64,000 nucleotides of DNA from Octopus vulgaris (taxonomy: Eukaryota), in NCBI GenBank assembly GCA_951406725.2, contig OX597827.1, positions 50,096,001-50,160,000 on the forward strand. The letters run 5' to 3'. The position numbers and the translations under genes are program-made. Position 1 is the first letter of the stretch; the number at the start of each line of letters is the position of its first letter. Below the pieces are notes generated by a model that saw only the letters and a program-made list of their open reading frames with translations, made no database searches and had not been told where the DNA came from. This document shows, in pieces, positions 1-12,514 of the stretch.

Positions 1-203
1 TACAACCACCGTGGTCACTACCATTAATGCTACGATCAACAGCCCCCTACTGCTACCACTGCTACTACGGCCACAGTGAGAGAATTAAAATAGTGGAGGT
101 GGGGGGAATTACAATTTCTCAGATCCTTAAACAGTCACCCCCCGCTGGCAGTGGTATGTCTTAGGGAAGGAAGAATTTATAAAAAGATTTTTTTCTCTGC
201 GAG

Positions 204-407
204 CAGATCTGATTTTGATTCGTCAAAAAATTGACGACGTTTTACCTCCGTGGTCAAGCTTGTCGTTCTGCTTGGTTAGCCACCTTACAGGACACAGTTA
301 TGGGTCAGATCTGATTTTGATTCGTTAAAAAATTGATGACGTTTTTCTTCTGTGGTCAAGCTTGTCGTTCTGCTTGGTTGGTTTCCTAACAGGATACAGT
401 TATGGGT
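204..407. repeat. Tandem duplication, 2 x 102 bp
   Basis: Unit starting CAGATCTGATTTTGATTCG and ending CAGTTATGGGT at 204-305 and 306-407, with scattered substitutions. Confidence 0.9.
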
Positions 408-790
408 CTTTTCCTTATATTCGTTGAAGCTGGGTATACTTCTCCACTACACTCGACAAAACAGTAAGGAACGACTATGGACTTTTTCTATTATACTCTT
501 TATAATATAATTGATAAGGTTCGCCTTTTTAAGAACATGGATTCTATTGAATGTATATAGCATGGATTCTATTGAATGTATGTAACAATTATGAACTGTT
601 CCATTATACTGTTTATTATAAATTTTTTTGATAAGGTTCGTTATTTCAAGAACCGAAACATGTAAAATTAAAATTTATCTAATATAGTGGCGTTTTCAAA
701 CTTCTTTTTTACAAATATATACCCACTCGTATACGATCTACTCTTATTATAAATATATAAAAAAAATGTATGTATATATATATATGTATG

Positions 791-835
<45 letters not shown>

Positions 836-838
<3 letters not shown>

Positions 839-1650
839 TAAAAACGGTAAGATAACAAAAGAAAGAAAGAGACCTCAATATTATGTAAACAGAGCAAATT
901 TATCTGTAAAATAATATGTGACAATTATTCAATAGCCACGATAAAACTCTGAGTTTCGGATGCCGAGGTGGAAATCCACAACACCATCTCTTCGGTTATC
1001 TCATATTTTGAGGATGCAATTTCCTCGTAAGGGATTGATAATAACAATCCAAATGCCAACTGACTTTATCAATAAATGGAAAGAAAGTTCCTCAATATAT
1101 ATGTATAAACAGTCTAATTAATTATAAAGTTAACAAAAGAAAATGGAGGAGAAAAAATGTAGCAGCTACTTGGTTACATTTGTCTTTATCCCATCTTCCT
1201 CCCATAAACTTTTATAAATATATTATAAATATATTTTTCAAACGCATTTGATGTTTTAGCAATATTTCAACGATCAATATTAGCTAAATTTCAACGATCA
1301 ATATCTGATCACATGAACTCCGCGTCCTAATAAGCTGTTTACATTCGAAATTTTCTAACCACAGTCACCAAATTAGTTACTTCGTAATTCAAGATCGGAA
1401 AATATACTTACTTTTCTCTGAAGATACCCGGCAATATATGGTTTATTACATCTATAATTGTTCGAATGTGGATGATTCAAACATACCGTGGGATCGAAAC
1501 ATGTGTAGGATGTTTTTTCGGATTAGTTTGGTTGTTTTGTTGATCCGGTTCTTTTTATCCTTATTCTTATCGGTATCACTTTTACTTTGCATTACTTTTC
1601 CGTTGTGACACAAATAAAATGAACCAAGTATCTATTATATTTTTCTTCTC
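836..1650 (-). mobile_element. Decayed Penelope-like element terminal region between (TA)n and (TATC)n tracts
   Basis: Contains a hammerhead-like fold at 940-1000 and abuts (TA)n like other PLE ends here; no intact ORF. Confidence 0.5.
940..1000 (-). ncRNA. Type I hammerhead-ribozyme-like motif (CCGAAGA core variant)
   Basis: Minus strand reads GATAA-CCGAAGA-GATGGTGTTGTGGATTTCCACCTCGGCATC-C-GAAA-CTCAGAG-TT-TTATC; stem I GATAA/TTATC, GUU cleavage triplet. Confidence 0.65.
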
Positions 1651-1684
1651 CATTTTCTTATACATATATACATATATATATACA

Positions 1685-1759
<75 letters not shown>

Positions 1760-2100
1760 ATATATATATATATATCTATATATATATACATACATACATG
1801 CATACATACATACATATACATATATATATACACATAGAGAGAGGGGGAGAAAGGAGAGACAGAAAAAGATGCAAACTCGCACACATATATCCATACATTC
1901 ATTTTACCCCTGCCTACATACATGCCAGGATTCCAAAGTTATTTGACAACTTGTAGAAGGTACGGCACAGTAGGATTGAACAAGGAGCTGCGTGGTGTGA
2001 AGCGCACTTCTTAGCCACTTCGCCATGCATGCAGATTGTGACATCGTAATTTCATAAGATATATCACCATACATACTCAGATTTTAAAAAATCTACTTAC

Positions 2101-2245
2101 ATTTGTTGTCCTCCATCGTTTGATACAACAGAATTTCTTCGTGTGTCAAATACAAAAATTGTACGAGATTGTATTTGTACAAGAATGCCATATTTCATAA
2201 TAACATCAGACGTTCTGAATAACTGCAGCTTCCAGGAGGTCATTA
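2101..2245 (-). CDS. Candidate exon 5 of the PAN-domain gene (VMTSWKLQLFRTSDVIMKYGILVQIQSRTIFVFDTRRNSVVSNDGGQQ)
   Basis: Acceptor tttcaaag, strong donor GTAAGT at 2100-2095, open in the frame that continues the 3368-3306 exon; no recognisable domain. Confidence 0.45.
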
Positions 2246-2443
2246 CTTTGAAATATAACAGGTAAAATAGCAAAATGAATTAACAAATAGAAATTTAAAG
2301 AACTAGACAACAAATAAGATTACTTTCAATGTGCACCACCTTCTCCTTCCCTTAGAAGATTGGAAGAAATATCTGAACCCATATTGGCTAAAATATTCAA
2401 AAGTTTAAATGAAAAAAATTCAGATGTCAATATACAACGTTAT

Positions 2444-2771
2444 CCTTAAAGACTCCGCCGGTTACGACGACGAGGGTCTCAGCTGATACGATCAACGGAA
2501 CAGCTTGCTCGTGAAATTAACGTGCAAATGGCTGAGCATTCCACAGACACGTGTACCCTTAACGTAGTTCTCGAGGATAATCAGCGTGACACAGAGAGTG
2601 ACAAGGCTGACCCTTTGAAATACAAGTACAACTCATTTTTGCCAGCTGAGTGGACTGGAGCAACGTGAAATAAAGTGTCTTGCTCAAGGACACAACGCGT
2701 CGCCGGGAATCGAACTCACAACCTTACGATCATGAGCCGAATGCCCTAACCACTAAGCCACGCGCCCTCAC
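2444..2771 (-). mobile_element. tRNA-derived SINE (CORE-like body) with 12-bp TSD
   Basis: Head GGCGCGTGGCTTAGTGGTTAGG (A box) and GAGTTCGATTCCC (B box), then GTGTCCTTGAGCAAGACACTT; TSD ATACAACGTTAT at 2432-2443 and 2772-2783. Confidence 0.9.
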
Positions 2772-3305
2772 ATACAACGTTATAAGAGGAACAGGAAAGC
2801 TGAAAGAGAATGCGTGGTCTCAGACAGTTTCCAGACCATATTTGTCGGAATTGCATAGGATTCATAAGGACCAATAAAAATTTATGTATGAGGATAAGCA
2901 AACTAAAACTGAGAGCTGTAAGCTGTTTTACAGGCTTTGGGAACAACAGAGTTCTTTTGGAAGTACCAAAAGATTTCTCGACCTTTTTACACAAGTTGGT
3001 CTATACAAGTCAAATGTGGCAATGAATTATAAGAATCTAGTGCCACAAGAAAGGAATATACTGAAATTAATCTGTTGTATGTTCAACAATAATTTTCGGA
3101 AAATTCTTGAGCATTGCGAACCTATATTGAAAGATAGCTGCGATAAGCGTTACTTACAAAAGACTTCTAAACATTGTATGCTATAGAACAGTTGTTGAAG
3201 TATCAAGGCGCAGGGGGGAAACAGCTGTATTACGAACTCGACCGACCTATGTGCAAAAAAAAATAAACGATGATATTTTGATAATCATAATAATGTAATA
3301 TAAAC

Positions 3306-3368
3306 CTTCTCCATTCTGTAAGGAAGACTGTGTTGTAGGTAGTATTGGATTTCCTGTTGACTGCTTTC
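3306..3368 (-). CDS. Exon 4 of the PAN-domain gene (linker GKQSTGNPILPTTQSSLQNGE)
   Basis: Acceptor atttgcag, 63 nt, phase 1-1, open in the continuing frame; donor GTTTAT is weak. Confidence 0.65.
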
Positions 3369-3759
3369 CTGCAAATATAAAATAATTTTAATTTCAGATT
3401 TCATTTCCAACGGACAAAATAGGATTCAGTAGGTATTATTTTTAAAGTCTGGTCTCTTAGGCTGAACTGCTATGTTACGGTGATGCAAACAATCCAATAT
3501 CGTTTGTCAAGCTGTACAAACATAAACAAGAAACGTACACGCGTACCTCCACAGACACACGTACAGGCACACACATATGATTAGTTCATATTAGTCCGCA
3601 AGGAACATAATGGCTATTATAGTAGAAGGCACTCAGGTGTAAAAGTACACGAGTTAGGTTTCTGTGTGTACTTCTTGCAGAAGTTACATGATTTTATTGA
3701 AATATTCATGCATAAATTTATGTGCTTTTATATATCCTGAAAATATTTTCGATGCCTCA

Positions 3760-4301
3760 GTTTTTTAGGATTCAAGAGGCATTGTGTTTATCAACTATCT
3801 TCAGAAGAGCCACACCATCAATGGAGTGTATCTATGCCAACTTGTAGAGGCAGTTACAAAAAGCTATCAAGACCAAACGACCTGGAAAACTGACGAAAAG
3901 GATCTTGTTTCACCAGGATAATACTGAAGCACACAAGTCCTGGCTTCCAGTGGTTGCTGCCCGTGTCTATGTCTTTGAACTAATTGATCGGCCTCCATTT
4001 TCTACTGATTTATTTCCCATCTGACTATCATCTGTACCCAACAGGAAAAAATAGTTGGCTAGGAACCAGTATAGTAGTGATGGTGACGTCATATCTGGTG
4101 ATGGTGACGTCATATCTGCAGATGATGACTTTTTGGACCAACTGGATGAAAGCTTCTTCACCATTAGAATCCAAGAACGGCAACACCAGTAGGAGAAGTG
4201 CGGGGACTGCAAGAAGGACAATGTGCAAAAATAAATCTCGTTTGGTCACATTCCATGAGAGTATCTTGGTAATCCTATGAACTTTTCAGTTGACTCCCGT
4301 A
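3760..4301 (+). mobile_element. Decayed mariner transposase 3' fragment
   Basis: Translates to PPFSTDLFPSDYHLYP (YSPDLAPSDY-like) with frameshifts; TIR-like end AACTTTTCAGTTGACTCCCG followed by TA. Confidence 0.75.
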
Positions 4302-4551
4302 AAATAAAACGAACTTCATTGTAATTCAATGATGTTACAGCCTTAAAATTTATATAAAACAAATAGTCCCATTATTTGACAAGAATTATTGAAATGGCGA
4401 ATTTTTAGCATATTGAATTTACGAAACTCTATTACAAAGCGTCAAAGTCTGAAGATTACTAATGATTAAATAGGAAAATAGTTTTAACAAAAGGCAAATA
4501 TCGCTTAAAACTGAATACATATATACCTGCATGCATACATACATACATACA

Positions 4552-4585
<34 letters not shown>

Positions 4586-4656
4586 CACATATACGCACTC
4601 ATATACATACATACATACATACATACATACATACATACATACATACATACATACAT

Positions 4657-4955
4657 CGTAAAGTCAATACCACCATGACTGATATCCAATCCACAGTGGA
4701 GAAGGCTAGCCACTGGATTTGGTTAAAAAGAGACGATGAGCGATGGCTAGAAGTATATTGAGTTCTTCATAACCAGCTGATCTAGCAAGCGGGGCCTCAT
4801 ATCAGTGAGGGGGGCCGGTGCGCATTGATGCCGTTGAGAGGTAGGCCCCGAAACGGCGCGCATTCTCTCCTGATGACCCCATACACTTGTTAGCTTCCGG
4901 TATACGGAGCTTTTAACTGGTAGCACTTGCATGTGCAAGTTGTTTGCAAGACATC
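4657..4955 (+). mobile_element. 3' end of a HERO-like (RLE-type) non-LTR retrotransposon in (TACA)n
   Basis: TVEKASHWIWLKRDD resembles the C-terminal AExASxWxWxxR motif of HERO-like elements; followed by a 3' UTR and flanked by CATA repeats. Confidence 0.6.
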
Positions 4956-5632
4956 ATACATACACACATATAAATACATATATATATATGTACGTACATA
5001 TATGTATGTATATGTATGTATTTATGTCAGGTGGCTCTTGAGCACTACTGGTACCATGTAATTCAGTACAATCTGTTACATGGTCGGGTCGTCGGCGACC
5101 AAACTAGCAACACTACCAAGCATGCTTGGTGAGGAAGGTGATTGTTGGACACCCAGCGGGACAATAAATAACACCCGTCAAAAGCTAGAAGAACTACAGT
5201 GTAATCAACGGCCATTTAACAACATGTGTTTGTGGACATGTGTGTGGAGTGTTTGTTTGTGTGTGTGTGTGTGTGTATGTGTGTGTATTGTATATATTGT
5301 ATTTCAAACTGTATGTGTGTATATTGTATATATTGTGCTTTAAATTGTATTTATTATATCTCAATTCTTATTCTTATTTTTGCTCAATTGTATCTTAATT
5401 TTTAATTTTGTTTTATTTTACCCCCTTTTTTGTATGATAAATAGTAAGGGGTGGATAGAGCTCCTTTGTTTACCCAAGCCTCGGTGAAAGCAGTCTATCC
5501 AGGAGAAGGTAACTATGAATTTAAATACTTCACTTCTGTCTTGCAGTTAGCCTTTGACTGGGCAAAAAGCGGGAGAAAGGCACTGATATGAAACCTGCGA
5601 CGGCAAATGCACCCAATAATGCACTGTATGTA

Positions 5633-5726
<94 letters not shown>

Positions 5727-5747
5727 ATACAGAATAGAGAGAGAAGT

Positions 5748-5813
<66 letters not shown>

Positions 5814-5861
5814 GATATAAATAAATATTTAGCTATAAATACAAGGATATATAAAATATAC

Positions 5862-6092
5862 CTTTAAGTTGATAACTGCTCCATCTTGAGTTTTTTGCTT
5901 CAAGATTTAATTGAGAAAACGTCAGATTACTCAAGAGACACAATCCATCTGTTTGGCAAAAGGTAAATGATGAACACAGTGCTTGTTTCAGACAAAATAA
6001 TTTGCATTCCTGTTGAGTGGAGTAGAATCTCTGGGTCGAGTATTTTTCGGCAAATGAAGCGCCCAAAATAGACATAATTTTTTCTTTGTTGT
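5862..6092 (-). CDS. Exon 3 of the PAN-domain gene: PAN/apple module 2
   Basis: Acceptor ttcttttataacctag, donor GTATAT, 231 nt, phase 1-1; ECKLFCLKQALCSSFTFCQTDGLCLLS gives the C-x3-C-x5-C-x-S-F...C-x-L PAN pattern. Confidence 0.85.
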
Positions 6093-6495
6093 CTAGGTTA
6101 TAAAAGAAATGTTTATTTAAAAAAAAATGTTTTCATAAAATATAACTTTAATTTCTATACGTTTTTCAAAGCAATAGTTTATAAGCTAATAACAAGTCAA
6201 GCTGGAAATAGATAAAACAATTTCATTTAATTAAGTCGATGTAATTTAATAAGCAAAGAGGCTGGTCCATTCTTTCATAATTTAGTCTGAACAGAATGCT
6301 GTTGCTGTGAGTGATACTCACAGGTTAGCCTCAATCGAGCAAATCTATGACTAAAGTTATTCCAGCCATAAATCACCCAAATTTTAGAGGTTTCTCAGAA
6401 GGAAAGGTGTTAAGGGATATTGTGGCTGTTAGTTTTAGAAAATCAACTTGTCGGCTCATGAGTTTGGGAACAGTGCTTTTCCTATTCTTCTAGAC

Positions 6496-6696
6496 CAGTG
6501 CTTTTCAAACTTTTTGCTGGAGCAGAACCCCAAGAAAACATTCCACTGGTTCGAGGAACCCCTGTGCAATAATTTAATAGTCTTATGCACACATATCTGC
6601 ACAGGAGACTTTAAAATTACTGCCGATTTTAGCAGTTTTGTAACTTCTTGCGGAACCCCTGGACTGTACTGGCGGAACCCTGGTTGAAAACCACTG
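6496..6696. mobile_element. hAT (Charlie-type) MITE
   Basis: TIRs CAGTGCTTTTCAA / TTGAAAACCACTG; 8-bp TSD TTCTAGAC / CTCTAGAC (NTCTAGAN target). Confidence 0.88.
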
Positions 6697-7194
6697 CTCT
6701 AGACTAAGTAACTTGAACGCATGGAAATCGACATCTTGTTCAGTACTTAGAATAGTTGTTGAATTTGTTCTGGAATACAATTTTCTGTTATCTTTACCTT
6801 TTTGTTGTCATAGTATTACATACAATACAATAAAGTGTCGAAAATGTCCACTGTCCAACTTCGACCTGCTCACTAACAACATACCGCTGCATCCAATGAA
6901 TGTTTGTCTTAAGTTTTAGCGAAGCAATATCACTGCACTACATTTGACATCAATTATTGTATTCACCATACACTCCTTTCAAGCGTACAGAAATTAACTT
7001 TACTTTGACATCAATTCTTTAAGGTGAATCAGCAAAAAAAAATGCATTTAAGCATGCACACCTCCGCACGTATGTATACATGCACATGCATATCTGTATG
7101 TATGTATGTATATATATATATATATATGAATTTTTTGTGTAATGAGATAAAAAAAACAAGGCTGTATAGATATTAGAGCATTTATAGATAGAAG

Positions 7195-7253
7195 GTCTTA
7201 CAGCTGTTTCTAGAATATTAATTAATAGTAATTAATATCCCTTCATCGGAGAC
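7195..7253 (-). ncRNA. Type I minimal hammerhead-ribozyme-like motif (CCGATGA core variant)
   Basis: Minus strand GTCT-CCGATGA-A-GGGATATTAATTA-CTAT-TAATTAATATTCT-A-GAAA-C-AGCT-G-TA-AGAC: stem I, 13-bp stem II, palindromic stem III, GUA triplet. Confidence 0.8.
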
Positions 7254-7401
7254 GGTGTGAGAGGAAAAATTAAGTCATAGTTAGTTTCGATGTGATATAA
7301 ATAGAGAGTGAGGTGGAGGACAGAAAATAGATGTAAGATATGTATGGGTATTGAGTTCATAAATCTGTTTTATAGGCATAATGGTATATATGTGTATTAT
7401 T

Positions 7402-7636
7402 AAAGGCGGCGAGCTGGCAGAAACGTTAGCACGCCGGGCGAAATGCTTAGCGGTATTTCGTCTGCGTTACGTTGTGAGTTCAAATTCCGCCGAGGTCGAC
7501 TTTGCCTTTCATCCTTTCGGGGTCGATAAATTAAGTACCAGTTACGCACTGGGGTCGATGTAATCGACTTAATACCTATGTCTGTCCTTGTTTGTCCCCT
7601 CTGTGTTTAGCCCCTTGTGGGTAATAAAGAAATAGA
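7402..7636 (+). mobile_element. SINE family A (GGCGGCGAGCTGGCAGAAACG...) with 17-bp TSD
   Basis: B box GAGTTCAAATTCC, body GCCTTTCATCCTTTCGGGGTCGATAAATTAAGTACCAG; TSD TATATATGTGTATTATT at 7385-7401 and 7637-7653; related copies near 9850, 13660, 22483, 25447, 38664, 54480. Confidence 0.9.
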
Positions 7637-7789
7637 TATATATGTGTATTATTCCAAAGTCCGTTGAGTAAAATCCAAAAGTCCCACAGAGTTTAATATG
7701 AGTCCATCCAATGTAAAGTTAATAAGCAATGTAAGCTTCTCTTAAAGTTGGTCCTTCCCAGTAGGGAATTTATATAGAATGTAGCATAC

Positions 7790-9620
7790 CTTTATTTTCG
7801 AGGCGGTGGGAGAGAGACGGGAGGAGGAGATGAGGTCATGGATAGTGGAGGACAGTCTGTTGATAGTAGGCGTGGGTTGGTGGGAAGAGGGCAATAGAAG
7901 GAGGTGTCTTGAAGTTGGCGGAGAGCTTCAGCTTTGAAGAGGCCTGCACGCCACACCACCACGGCTCTACCCTTGTTAGCCGGTTTTATGATGATGTCTT
8001 TGCGGTGTTGGAGACATCGGTAGGCTGGGAGTTTGGCCGAGGAGATTTTAAAATGTCAGGGACACCAACGAAAGTTAAACCGGTCCACAACACGTTGGCA
8101 GATGCTTGCAAAAGGATTGACTGCTTGGAACTGGCCTGGTGCTGGTGTCCGGTGGGATGGTCGCCGGCCCAGGTCGGTGAAGCAGTCCTCTTCTTTAGAT
8201 GCAGGTGGAGTGTTGTTGAATAGTGCATATAGTCTGACGCGATGCACAAAGCTATGAATATCAGCACGGGTCTGAAATTCGTTACTAGATAGAGTGAAGA
8301 AGATGAAGCACAGACCCTTACTAAGAAGAGAGCGCACCGCCTCAGAGAGGAGAAGAACAATAGACTGAAGTGGGTAGGATGGATGAATTAGATGTGGGAA
8401 GGGTGGTAGGGGTAGTGGAAGGCTGGGAGGCAGTGGAAGGCTGGGAGAAGCGAGAGGAAGAGTAACTGCATGGGAGGGTTGGATTAACGGAAGGGTTGGG
8501 GCGACGATGAGGGGGAGTGTATCAGGGACGAAGGGGTAGAGGAGGGGGTGTATGTAGTGGTATGGGGTGTGTCAGAATGAAGGAGTGAGTAGAGTTTATG
8601 TTGTTTAGTACGAGGGAGTTACTCATGGAAAAGATGATTTAAATTGATTATAAAGCTTAGAGTGGAATGTGCAAAGGAAGGTGAAAGACAGGAGAAAAAG
8701 GTGGAATAAGCGAGAGGGAGAAGGCGGTCGAGGGTGTGTATTTTGGAGAGATTAGAACGCATGGTGGCAACGCATAAGCAACGCCTGAGAAAGGAAACGC
8801 GTTTAGAGAATCGTCTTTTTTTGAAAATCAGTAGGGAAAGATTAATAGAGTGTTGAAACTTGCGGAAAGAATGCGTGAAAAGGTGTTTCTTTAGGCGGTA
8901 GAGAAGATGGAAGAGGAGAGATTTGCAATCGGGCTGTCTGGAAAAAAGGAGAAAAAAGAAAAAGAAAAAGAAGTAAAGGAGAGAGAAAGGCAAAGTAATG
9001 ATATACGGAGTATAAAAGTTCAAAAAATTCAAAAGTCGTGAAGAGCAGAAAAAAAGAAGAAAGAAGAGAAAAGGAGAAGAAAAGAAGAAAAGACGAAGAG
9101 AAGAAGAAGAAAAGGAGAGAGAAAGGTAAAGTAACAAAGTTCAAAAAAGTTCAGGCGTCGTGGTATGTTGGAGCGATTTTTCTTCAACGTGAAATTCGTA
9201 AGTATATCCAGTGGTAAATCGGGTGGAGTGTTGGTAAGTAGATGAGAGGTGCAAAATGTTCAGGCAGTAGTTGAGATATGTAGGTCCAAAGAGAAGGAAG
9301 TTAAAGCAGGATAAAACTGGGGTGTCGACTGTGAGCGTATAATATATAGTTAAAATTTACAGAAAAACAAAAGACGAAGACAGGTGTATAAACAACAAGC
9401 GTGTTAGTTTGACGCTCGGGAAAGTGAGAAAGTCTTTTACGATTCAACCAACGCTTTTCAACAGAAAGGAACACGAGGAAATAAACAGAAAGAGAATAAA
9501 AATTTAAAAAAAACGTGTGGATTTAGCGATCAAGCATGGCGACTGGTTTGGAAAAAAATTTGAGAGGGGAGGTACAAAGAAGGGGAGATAATAAAGTATT
9601 GGTGATCCCAAGACGAAGTT
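7790..9620 (-). mobile_element. Penelope-like retroelement, 5' part (pLTR plus N-terminal ORF), decayed
   Basis: Minus-strand peptides SLLSKGLCF...FVHRVRLYALF and DIIIKPANKGRAVVVW (the PLE IKPADKGxxVV motif before RT); hammerhead remnant at 9434-9468. Confidence 0.8.
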
Positions 9621-10092
9621 GAGCGTGCGTGTGTATGTATGTGAGAGTGTGTGTCGAATTTAATAATTAGATAACTTAATAGGTCTAATAAAATTTGTCT
9701 CAATTTAATACATGAATATAAATACAGAAAGGTTTTCAATAGACATACAATTAAGATTGCTTTATAGTTTCATCCTTAATAGGAATTACATTACATAAGC
9801 CTAATCCAACTATTGTACAGCATGCTCACTGAATGGATCATTATTTATCTAGCGGTATTTCATCTACCTTTATGTTCTGTGTTCAAATTTCTCCGGGGTC
9901 GACTTTGCCTTTCATCCTTTCTGAGTCGATAAATTAAGAACCTGTTGCGTACTGGGGTCGATCTAATTGACTAATTTCAGGCCTTGCGCCTAGAGTAGAA
10001 AAGACTATTCATCTAATGGTACAGACAAATACATACATAGGCAGATAGACAGCTCTGTAAAGTCAAGGAGGGATTGGATTAAGCTTACTTAC

Positions 10093-10344
10093 ATTTAATA
10101 AGTTGGTAATAGTTATAACCATTTACTGGTACCAAAGATTCAGTTGCGGCACTTGTTGGATATATCATACATTGATTCAATACTTCGTTGAAAACAAATG
10201 AGTGACATGTCGACCAACTCAGACACCAGCTTGCACAAGCACTACTATAAGTACCAGTGATATTAATTTCAGTGATTGTTTGAGATTCACTGCTAGATAA
10301 CTTTGCAGATTGTACTTCAATAAACCATTGTCCAAGTTGATAAC
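10093..10344 (-). CDS. Exon 2 of the PAN-domain gene: PAN/apple module 1
   Basis: Acceptor tttttgcag, donor GTAAGT, 252 nt, phase 1-1; YQLGQWFIEVQSAKLS...ACASWCLSWSTCHSFVFNEVLNQCMIYPTS...GYNYYQLIK. Confidence 0.88.
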
Positions 10345-10780
10345 CTGCAAAAAATTAGTTATATTAAAGATCAGAAGAAATAGCTTTTTTTCCTCTTTTT
10401 AGTTGAATATAAAGGTACTCAAAAACTTAGTAACTGGTGAGAAAAGTAATTTAGCTGTCATTGAAGGCTAACGGATAAAAGTCTTCTAAAACACTTTAAG
10501 ATAATTCTTTTCGTGGGAGAGTTCAACATTAGTCTTCTAAATCATAACATTAATAAAAACAACTGCATTCAGAAACCTTGTACAGCTAAATTTATTCCTT
10601 CCGCATGTACTGCAGCATATTATTAGCATAAAGCAATTGTTGATATTGAATTATATTAGTGCAAGCATCAATAGATGGATTCCAAATAACCTTAAGCTAT
10701 AGGAAATTGTAAAGTATTTAAAATATACACAGCACTAAATTTACTTAATAGCATTTATTAAAATTACTACATAGTAAGTA

Positions 10781-11990
10781 TTAGGGGTACGGAAAAGTAA
10801 TGTCACATTTCATGAAATGTGTTCAAAACAGCATAAAACAAAATAAATATATTTATTCATTCAAGTATTATCGCCATAGTTTGCAGTAACATTTCCTCAC
10901 CCCGGAACCAGTTTTCTGATAAGTTGGGAAAAAAATCAGGTTCTTTAGAAGAGAAAAATATTTGAAGTACTGTTTCGGCATCATGCATGCTTCTGAAAGC
11001 TTTTTCACTGTTAAAGTACCCTAGTGACCTGAATATCTTATCGTGCTTGGTCTGCTGAGCAGGAAGGGAGAGTTAGTTTCACAGTCTATTGAATTTATAT
11101 TTTCTTGGATTATCTTTGCTGAAGGGGTTTTGCATTATCATATTGCTGGATGACTCCCTTTCTGTTATCTGAAGCTGGTTGATTTTTGAGCAAAACTTGT
11201 TAACAATTCAATTCCACTTTTTAGCTTTTTAGCTTTTGTTCCAATAATTCTAAGTGAACAACATTTATTGCATATCACTAAACGCACAGCAAAATCTTCT
11301 TTGAGCATTGGAACTGGAATTTATTTTTTTTGGGGGGGGGGTGTGTGGCTTGAGCCACTGCTTCTTACGTGTATTTTGGTTTATTCTATCCATTTCCCAT
11401 TGCTTGTTGCAATTCGATTAAGAAAAAAATGTTTGTTCATTCTTGACAAGCAATTTGTTGCAAATTGTTGAACACACTGCTTTATTCTCCGTTGACAGCT
11501 CATAAAGCTTCTACTTTCCTTTTCTATACACTTTCTCAATCTGCTTGACATGATGTTGCAAGGTTTATTACGCTTCCCCCGATACTTTGACGCGGATCTT
11601 CTTCAATTACTATTTTCACCGTGTCGTTATTGAGAACAGTTGGTCTTCCTGATCGAATCGGCCCACCCAAAAGATCGAAATCACTGTTTTTGAATTTATC
11701 AAACCACTATTGACATTTCTGAACACCATTAGGATATACTGTATGTATGTTTTTCCTTGCACGTGTTGCATTGTTTCCCTTAAAAGATTCACGAAGTATG
11801 CAATTCCGAATATTTAGCTTACTAAATTCCTTGTCTTCTGTGGGCAATAAGATCCAGATTAATGTTTGACCATTAACTCTATGTTGATTGGTAATTGATT
11901 TCGAGGACATCTTTTGTCGGCTTGCAAACTATTTGTGGTGCGATGTCAAACTATTTGCTTGCAGACACAACAATACTTTTCGATACTCTT
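10781..11990 (-). mobile_element. Decayed mariner/Tc1 element
   Basis: Minus strand QQYDNAKP (HDNARPH-like) and SGRP-like remnants; TIR-like end TTAGGGGTACGGAAAAGTAATG. Confidence 0.65.
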
Positions 11991-12514
11991 AATAGTAACT
12001 TTACTCTAAGTCAACGAAAACTAAGAACAGTAAATAACAGTTTGTATAACATGGATAAGTGAATAGAACTGCAGTTCAAAAATTATTAAATTAAAAGAAA
12101 AATAATGTTCAAATTTTAAAGCAATGGCCGCACTTAAGTACAACAACATAACTACTGACTCTCTCAATTCACCTTTCTTTAAATACTGATGTCTTATTTA
12201 GGCAAAATATGAACTTTGAGCGAAGTAAACTCAAATTTAAAACATACATCATAATGATAATTATTTCGCTAACCCCAAAGGAAAATTTGAATTCAGAACT
12301 CAGAGATAAGACTATAAAACGAACCTATACTAACACTATAAACTCACGTCCAACTAATTGTTTTATTGTTATTATTTGAAGTTTGGTATTAGCTAGAAAA
12401 TCTTAATAATTTAAAAGAATAGAAGTTTAAAGGCACAGTTTCAAGATTATAAACAACGTGGAGTGAACTTATTTTTACAGTATCAATGTTGCGCTTTCAA
12501 ATTGTAAGATAAAT

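Noticed and set aside
2695-2771. tRNA-Met(CAT)-like sequence
   Set aside because: Head of a SINE with body and TSD; the acceptor stem is not closed
3190-3235. GAAACAGCTGTA hammerhead 3' half after a GIY-YIG-like remnant
   Set aside because: No convincing CUGANGA core, stem I or stem II; too degenerate to call
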